A DNA stretch of 64,000 bases from Rhodospirillales bacterium (lineage in GTDB: Bacteria > Pseudomonadota > Alphaproteobacteria > Bin95), in contig JAYQLI010000035.1 in assembly GCA_038143065.1 (NCBI GenBank), forward strand, positions 1,120,001 through 1,184,000. The letters are read 5' to 3'. Shown here piece after piece: positions 56,832-64,000 of this stretch. Each line of letters begins with the position of its first letter. The stretch's first letter is position 1. A program made the translations under genes and the position numbers. The notes below the pieces were generated by a model that did no database searches, had not been told where the DNA came from, and worked only from the letters and a program-made list of their open reading frames with translations.

Positions 56832-58015
56832 ATGTTTATTGATTTTTTTTTAAAGGTTAAAGCCGCAAAGATCCCGGCAACGATCAGAGAATACCTCATG
56901 CTTTTGGAGGCGATGAATAAAGACGTCGCTGGAATGAGTGTGGACAATTTCTATTATCTTTCACGCTCAGCATTGGTAAAGGACGAGAAATATTTCGATC
57001 GTTATGATCGTGTTTTCGGCCAATTTTTTAAAGGCATTCAAGATGTAACCGAGGGATTATTTGGAGCTGAAATTCCTGACGAATGGCTGGCCAAGCAAGC
57101 CGAATTACTCCTGTCCGACGAAGATAAAGCGAAAATTGAGTCTATGGGCGGATGGGAAAAATTGATGGAGGAGTTGAAAAAAGACTAGAAGAGCAGAAAG
57201 GCGAGCACCACGGTGGAAATAAATGGATCGGCACCGGAGGAACCTCACCTTTTGGCAGCGGGGGATTTAATCCTGAAGGCGTCAATATCGGAGGTAGGCG
57301 CAGAAGGCAGGGCAAGGCTCTAAAAGTTTGGGAAAAGCGTGAATATAAAAACTATGACGACTCCATTACGATTGGCATTCGAAATATTCAAATCGCTCTT
57401 AGAAGACTTCGTGAATTTGCTCGCTTTGGAACTGAGGAAGAATTCGATCTTAATGAGACTATAGATCGGACAGCTAAAAATGCCGGCCTATTAGATATTG
57501 TTATGAGACCAGAGCGCACGAACCGCGTTAAGGTTCTAATGTTTTTTGATGTAGGCGGCTCCATGGACGATCATATTAGGGTCTGTGAGGAATTATTTTC
57601 GGCTAGCCGTACTGAATTTAAGAATTTGGAATTCTTCTATTTCCACAACTGTGTATACGAAGAAGGCCTCTGGAAGGATAACCGGCGTCGGTTTGACCAA
57701 CGCACCCCAACGTTCGATGTGATCAATACTTACCCAAGCGATTACAAAGCAATATTCGTTGGAGATGCGTTCATGAGCCCATATGAAATTACGTACAAGG
57801 GCGGATCAGTGGAGCATTGGAATGAAGAACCTGGAGCTCTATGGCTTTCAAGGATGTTAGATCACTGGTCCAACTCGATTTGGCTAAATCCACGCCCTGA
57901 GCAACGTTGGGATCACACTCCCTCCACGCAGATTGTAAAAGAACTTATGACCAACCGTATGTACCCTTTAACAGTGGATGGTCTAGATCGGGGGCTTAAA
58001 GCGTTAACGAGATAA
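56832..58015 (+). CDS. VWA domain protein (MoxR partner); frameshift in the poly-A run near 57180
   Basis: GGNKWIGTGGTSPFG, MIDAS-like DVGGSMD, YFHNC, VGDAFMSPYE, WLNP. Confidence 0.88.
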
Positions 58016-58258
58016 TATTATCTGGACCAACGTTAGCGTAAACAATTCTAAGTTATATTCTCCAAATGCTTTTGCTTGTGCAATTCTCAAGATATCAAAC
58101 TAACGGCAGTGACGATCGAGCGCTTCAAGCGCCCTTGATTAATGCAGCTATTATACCTTGCAATTTTATTCACGAACAATTTTTGCCGCAAAATAAACTT
58201 ATTTGGCGATTAGCCTAGATAGGCTATATATAGTGGCTGTTGTTAGAGGATATGCCTT

Positions 58259-58939
58259 ATGCTGCGATCATTAATGCTTGCCGCCCTTGCTGCTCTCGCG
58301 TTTTCTTCTTCGCCTGTTAAGGCGGATAACTATTACAACGCAGCTAATATCGCGTCAGACTCTCAGCGAACTTTAGAGGCAATAATTAAGGACACTCAAT
58401 TAGGTCCGACGGTAAAAAATCTAATGAAGAACGCAAAAGGCGTCATGATTTTCCCAGACATCATAAAAGCGGCCCTATTTATCGGTGGCGAGGGTGGCTC
58501 AGGTGTTCTAATGGCAAAACAATCAAATGGAGCCTGGAGCTATCCGGCATTCTATACGATGGGTTCAGTAAGTTTTGGGTTTCAAGCCGGCGGACAATCT
58601 CAGCAGACAGTCCTCATAATCATGACGCAAGGCGGCTTGGATGCGATCCTGAACGAACAAGTTAAGGTCGGTGCTGACATCTCCGCTTCTGCTGGACCTC
58701 GCGGAGTGGGAGCAGAAGCGGCTACAACGGTTGCTGGCGGCAAAGATGTCTTTGTTTACTCATTAAATAAGGGCCTGTTTGTTGGTGCGTCTGTGGAAGG
58801 GGCAATCATCGCTAAACGTAGTGACTGGAACCAAGCCTACTATGGTCAAACAACCACTCCTCGGCAAATAGTACAAGAGAATGCCGTTTCAAACCCAAAT
58901 GCTGACCCTCTTCGTGCAACAGCAGAGCTAATACGTTGA
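58259..58939 (+). CDS. Ysc84/SYLF lipid-binding domain exported protein
   Basis: Signal peptide ending PVKA; AKGVMIFP, GGEGGSG, WSYPAFY, GFQAG, YS..KGLFVG.S.EG, N..YYG. Confidence 0.88.
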   Translation: MLRSLMLAALAALAFSSSPVKADNYYNAANIASDSQRTLEAIIKDTQLGPTVKNLMKNAKGVMIFPDIIKAALFIGGEGGSGVLMAKQSNGAWSYPAFYTMGSVSFGFQAGGQSQQTVLIIMTQGGLDAILNEQVKVGADISASAGPRGVGAEAATTVAGGKDVFVYSLNKGLFVGASVEGAIIAKRSDWNQAYYGQTTTPRQIVQENAVSNPNADPLRATAELIR

Positions 58940-59679
58940 TAGAAGAAATCATTGACCTTCGAACTACCGATGGAGAAATGGAAACCTTCATCTGCAGACC
59001 GGAACGTGGAGCTCCTGCACCCGCGGTTCTGATGTTAATGGATGCTCCTGGCATCAGAGAGGAGCTCTACGACATGGCACGTCGGCTAGCGACGACAGGA
59101 TATGCCGTGTTGCTACCAAACCTTTATTACAGAGCTAGCAAGGATACTAAGTACGGACAGGAAGTACTGAACCATGGCAGTACTGAACACACCCGGATGC
59201 GGGCTGTACGCACAAAGATGACAATTCCTCCAGTAATGGAAGATATCGCTTCGATATTATCTTACATCGATAAAATAGATGAAATTTCTAGCGGAAAAGT
59301 TGGCGTACATGGTTACTGCATGTCAGGACCCTACGCACTAGCTGCCGCCGCGCGTTACCCTGATCAAGTTGCAGCAGCTGCAAGCTTTTACGGCACCTGG
59401 TTAGTAAACGAAGACGCTGAAGAAAGCCCTCACCGAAATCTGAGCTCAACTAAAGGCGAACTTTATATTTCATGTGCTGAGGTAGATGACCTCGCACCTA
59501 TGGATATGGTTGAAAAGCTTAAAGGGCTTTTTGATGCTTCAACCGCAAGGGGGGAAATAGAAATTCAGCCTGGTGTTGTGCATGGTTTCGCTTTCCCAGG
59601 GCGCTGGTGCTATGACCGACCAGCCGCAGAACGGCACTGGGAGCGCCTAATCAGTCTTTATCGGCGCAACCTGATATAG
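58936..59679 (+). CDS. Dienelactone hydrolase family protein
   Basis: MDAPGIR, PNLYYR, GYCMSG, HGFAFP, AERHWERL. Confidence 0.9.
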   Translation: MIEEIIDLRTTDGEMETFICRPERGAPAPAVLMLMDAPGIREELYDMARRLATTGYAVLLPNLYYRASKDTKYGQEVLNHGSTEHTRMRAVRTKMTIPPVMEDIASILSYIDKIDEISSGKVGVHGYCMSGPYALAAAARYPDQVAAAASFYGTWLVNEDAEESPHRNLSSTKGELYISCAEVDDLAPMDMVEKLKGLFDASTARGEIEIQPGVVHGFAFPGRWCYDRPAAERHWERLISLYRRNLI

Positions 59680-59685
59680 GACTGA

Positions 59686-59943
59686 TTAGGTTTCTAGCTT
59701 TGCTAGAAACCAGTCCAGTAACTTTTCTCACAATAGATCTTTAATGACAGCGCCTTCTATTGCGGTGTCGATATTGGGATTATCGTTGACCTCATTAATA
59801 AATACACCACGATCATTTTGCTTCAAGTCAACGCCATAGAGACCTTCACCCATCATAGACGCCACCTTAACCGCAACATTGATAACATCTATGGGGGTAT
59901 CCTCTAGGGAAAAGGTTTTAAAACCACCCTCTAAAGCAATCAA
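59686..59943 (-). pseudogene. C-terminal remnant of a RimK/glutathione synthase-like ATP-grasp gene
   Basis: EGGFKT...GEGLYGVDLKQ...INEVNDNPNID...DLL*EKLLDWFLAKLET*; no room for the N-terminal domains because the upstream gene ends at 59946. Confidence 0.75.
59689..59711. terminator. Hairpin between convergent transcripts
   Basis: Perfect inverted repeat GGTTTCTAGC-TTT-GCTAGAAACC, 9 nt after the hydrolase stop codon. Confidence 0.55.
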
Positions 59944-59945
59944 AT

Positions 59946-62900
59946 TTAATTAACTGTTCCGTACCCTCCCCGCCTGGCGTCTCAATGATGAAGGTATCTC
60001 CAGGCTGCATCTCCGCCTGATCTGCTCCCTTGAGATATTCAATTTTACCATCAGAGCGTTCGACACGATTTTCGCCACACTGGCCAGGTTCTCCCCCAGA
60101 CATGCCATACGGCGCTACCTCACGACGATTAGAGAGGATTGCAGCTGTCATTTTTCTTTGGAACCGTATCCTTCGAATTATTCCATCACCTCCCTTATTT
60201 CTGCCAGCGCCCCCACTTCCAGGACGAATGCCAAAACTTTCAAGTATGACGGGATACCTAAGTTCTAAAATTTCTGGGTCAGTGAGCCTTGTGTTAGTCA
60301 TATGGGTATGAATAGCGCTGACCCCATCCCAGGTTGGACCAGCTCCAGCGCCCCCACAAATTGTTTCATAATACTGGTGATCTTTATCACCGAATGTAAA
60401 GTTGTTCATGGTGCCTTGGCACGCACCCATTACACCTAAAGCTCCAAGTATTGTGTCGGTCACAACTTGACTGGTTTCTACATTTCCAGCCACCACAGCA
60501 GCTGGCTGCCTTGGATTAAGCATCGAGCCCTCAGGAACAATTATTTCGATTGGCTTTAGGCATCCATCATTCAGAGGAATATCCTGACCAACAAGCATCC
60601 GAAATACATAAAGGACAGCGGCTCGACAGACCGCTGCTGGAGCATTGAAGTTGCTGGATAATTGAGCAGAAGAGCGACTAAAATCTAATTTAGCGGTACG
60701 GGCTTCAGAATTAATCGAAATATCGACGGCCACAACCGCTCCATTATCTAATGCGTAGTCAAAAGAACCGCTTTCTAATGCACCTATCACCCGCCTAACG
60801 CTCTCTTCTGCATTGTCCTGCACATGTTTCATGTAAGCTTGTACAACACCGAGACCAAAGTGATCTATCATGCGCCGAACTTCACCGACACCTTTCTCAC
60901 AGGCTGCTATTTGAGCTTTAAGATCGGCTTCATTCTGATAAATATTTCGTGCAGGGTACTTGGCTGAAAGTAGTAAGTCTTCCAGGGCTTGTTGCTGGAA
61001 GGTTCCCTTATTAACCAAAAGAAAATTGTTAATAAGCACCCCTTCATGTTCGATATGTGTTGAATCGGGTGGCATAGACCCTGGAGTAAGCCCACCAACA
61101 TCAGCGTGATGTCCTCGAGCTGCAACGAAAAAGATAATTTCGTCGTCATCAAATACCGGCGCAACGACTGTTATATCTGGGAGATGGGTTCCACCATTAT
61201 ATGGATCATTGAGGGCATAGAAATCCCCTGGGTTCATCGCTCCGCGGCGTTCACGAATTATTGTGCGTACACTTGCACCCATTGATCCCAAATGCACGGG
61301 GACATGCGGAGCATTAGCAACAAGATTTCCATCAGGATCAAAAATGGCACATGAAAAATCAAGCCGCTCTTTTATGTTGACTGAATAGGCGGTGTTCTCC
61401 AGCGCCGCCCCCATTTGTTCGGCAACGGACATAAATAAATTATTGAATACCTCTAGGAGCACTGGATCCACTTCCGTGCCTATGGCGTTGGAGCGTTCGA
61501 TGGGAACCAACCTCTTCATCACTAGGTGATTCAGAGCTGTTATCTCAGCTTGCCAGCCTGGTTCAATTACATTAGCCCCAGTACGTTCTACTATTACGGC
61601 CGGCCCATCTATAACACTACCTGGCTGCATTTCCTCGCGAATGTAAAATGGAATCTCTTTCCAAGTTCCTCCAATATAAGCTGAGTGGTTTTCAATCGGA
61701 GCTATATGAACATCACTTTTAATTTCTTGAGCCTTCTCCTCTACAACATCAGTTTCGCCAATAGCTTCAGCAACTGCAACTGCAACTACCAGCGCCTTCC
61801 CTTCCATAATAAAACCATAACGCTTCCGATGCTCATCTTCGAAGGCACGGCGAACTTCTGCAGCGATATCACCGGTTTGCGGCAGCGGAATTTCTAGAGA
61901 AGAATCTGTTCCGTCATAACGAACATGCAGCCGCTCTTCTACTCGCAAGTGATCACTATCTGTTAATTGAGGCTGAATTTCAGCCTTTGCCTCAAAACCG
62001 AGTTCTGCAAGCACTGTTTGAATTTTCAAAAGAGCATCTTGATCAAGAGGCAATTCAATAGAGCGCTCTTTTACAGAACGAATATCTGCGAGACCCATTC
62101 CATAGGCCGAGAGTACACCTGCATATGGGTGAATAAATACGGTTTCCATACCAAGTGTATCAGCAATTAAACACGCGTGCTGACCACCAGCTCCGCCAAA
62201 GCAACAAAGCGCGTATTCGGTAACATCATACCCGCGCCGAATAGACATCTCCTTGATTGCGTTAGCCATATTTTCAACGGCTATCTGGAGGTAACCCGCC
62301 GCTATGTCTTCGATAGTACGCTCACCACCCATTTCCGCTTTCATGGTCTCGGCCAATTCCTGGAAACGTGAACGCGCGGCGTCCGCATCCAGAGGTAAAT
62401 TCCCATCTACTCCAAAAACACTTGGAAAGAGAGAGGGCTGCAAACGTCCCATCACCACATTGCAATCAGTAACAGTAAGTGGACCACCTCTACGGTAACT
62501 TGCTGGACCCGGATTAGCTCCAGCACTCTCTGGCCCCACTCTGAAACGGCCATTCTCAAACGCTAATATTGAGCCTCCTCCAGCTGCTACGGTATGGATG
62601 CGCATCATAGGAGCACGCATCCTAACGCCCGCAACTAGGGTTTCGAACGCTCGCTCATATTCTCCTGCATAATGAGATACATCGGTGGACGTACCACCCA
62701 TATCGAAACCAATAATTCGATTAAACCCAGCCATACTTGCTGTTTTTGCTGCTCCAACAGTACCGCCTGCGGGTCCTGATAAAACCGAGTCCTTTCCTTG
62801 AAAACGCTGCGCGTCTGCCAAGCCTCCATTAGACTGCATAAACATCAGTCTTGCGCCATCCAATTGGTCTGAGATGAGGTTAACATAGCGACGAAGAACT

Positions 62901-63586
62901 GGTGATAAATACGCATCAACAACAGTGGTATCCCCGCGCCCCACTGCCTTTACTAAGGGACTTACCTGATGGCTTACTGATACTTGAGCAAATCCTACCT
63001 CACGAGCCAACTCCGCCAATCGTTTTTCATGGGCGTGATAACGATACCCGTGCAAGCAAACTATGGCGATCGCAGTATATCCTTTACTCCGCATCCGCAA
63101 AAAATCTGCTCGAGCAGATATTTCGTCCAAAGGTTTTTCTATAGTCCCATCTGCAAGAACACGTTCGTTGATTTCAATGATTTCTTCACAAAGGAGATCG
63201 GGACGCTTTATTTGTAAATCAAAAAGGTTGGGTCGGTTTTGATAAGCAATACGAAGTAAATCACGAAAGCCTTTGGTAACGGCTAAGACAGTTGGCTCAC
63301 CTTTCCGTTCCAGTAGTGCATTGGTACCAACAGTAGTTCCCATCTATACGACATCTACTAGATCTCCAGGGATCGCATCATCTGCCTTTAATCCTAAAAG
63401 TTCTTTAATCCCATGTGTTGCAGCATCGGAATATCTCTCAGGATTTACGGATAGAAGTTTGTGTGTGACAACACTGCTATCTGGCTTCTGCGCAACGATG
63501 TCAGTGAAAGTACCGCCTCTATCAATCCAAAACTGCCATTTTTTGGTTGAAGCTTCTGAATCCATTGTATTTTCTGAAGAACTCAA
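59946..63586 (-). CDS. ATP-dependent 5-oxoprolinase (fused hydantoinase A/B); in-frame TAG at 63344-63346 and frameshift near 59967
   Basis: [68 protein letters not shown]; adding one G restores TPGGGGYG with stop at 59946. Confidence 0.92.
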
Positions 63587-63833
63587 ATTACTATTCCTTC
63601 GCTTCCATAAATTACAAACTGGCAGTTTTGCTCGGTTGTATCTACTACAATTATTTTATTTGCTGTTACATAGCTCTCCAACGATTTCCACCGATCAATA
63701 TATGCTAATTCATAAGGGGTTGAGAGCGAATGCCGGGAGTATTCGTCGGATCCTCTTCTACTTAGGCGAAAATTGTCACTAGGACATTTTTAAGGATAAC
63801 TTTAGAGCAAATAATTTCGCATGGAGTTATCAA

Positions 63834-64000
63834 ATGGGTGGATCCAATATCGCAGATTTAGCACAAATAGTAAGCAGTTTTGCCATGATTATGTCGGTGA
63901 TTTATCTCGCAAAACAAATACGATTAAACCAAAAAATCATGAAACTGCAGTTTGGCTTCAACTTAAATGACCGGCTTTACAAGCGTTATTTTGAATCTTC
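63834..64000 (+). CDS. Hypothetical membrane-anchored protein, truncated by the window end
   Basis: GGAG RBS, then MGGSNIADLAQIVSSFAMIMSVIYLAKQIRLNQKIMKLQFGF..., open to the end of the window. Confidence 0.6.
   Translation, partial: MGGSNIADLAQIVSSFAMIMSVIYLAKQIRLNQKIMKLQFGFNLNDRLYKRYFES

Noticed and set aside
59728-59730. TGA or TAG recoding (selenocysteine, pyrrolysine or an alternative genetic code)
   Set aside because: TGA and TAG both act as normal stops in many genes here. The in-frame stops fall at Trp- and Lys-like positions, not catalytic Cys positions.
63273-63782. 169-aa plus-strand ORF and other antisense ORFs such as 9256..9678, 40571..41065 and 50928..51293
   Set aside because: Antisense to well-supported genes, with no recognisable motifs; treated as shadow ORFs.

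Overview
A core-chromosome window from an Alphaproteobacterium, probably Rhodospirillales-like and possibly marine. This is inferred from the rnpB-mraZ-dcw-bamD-recN-ligA order, a single-Cys DksA, a long-linker FtsZ ending [10 protein letters not shown] and a CtrA-type box. It holds hemB, valine-catabolism genes, parE, a mosaic of catabolic enzymes, dksA, RNase P RNA, the full dcw cluster, bamD-recN-ligA, an AceE-like E1 with an Lrp regulator, malonyl-CoA decarboxylase, pmbA, a MoxR/VWA pair and a 5-oxoprolinase. Many genes, including essential ones, are split by single-base indels, mostly in homopolymers, which points to uncorrected long-read errors rather than real pseudogenes. I saw no CRISPR array, tRNA, rRNA, transposase or prophage. 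The most striking signal is a BamD with an extra C-terminal region of about 205 aa, containing four helical repeats whose Trp residues are exactly 30 aa apart. It sits where lpxC, normally found between ftsZ and bamD in Alphaproteobacteria, is missing. All family assignments come from motif recognition by eye; no database search was run.
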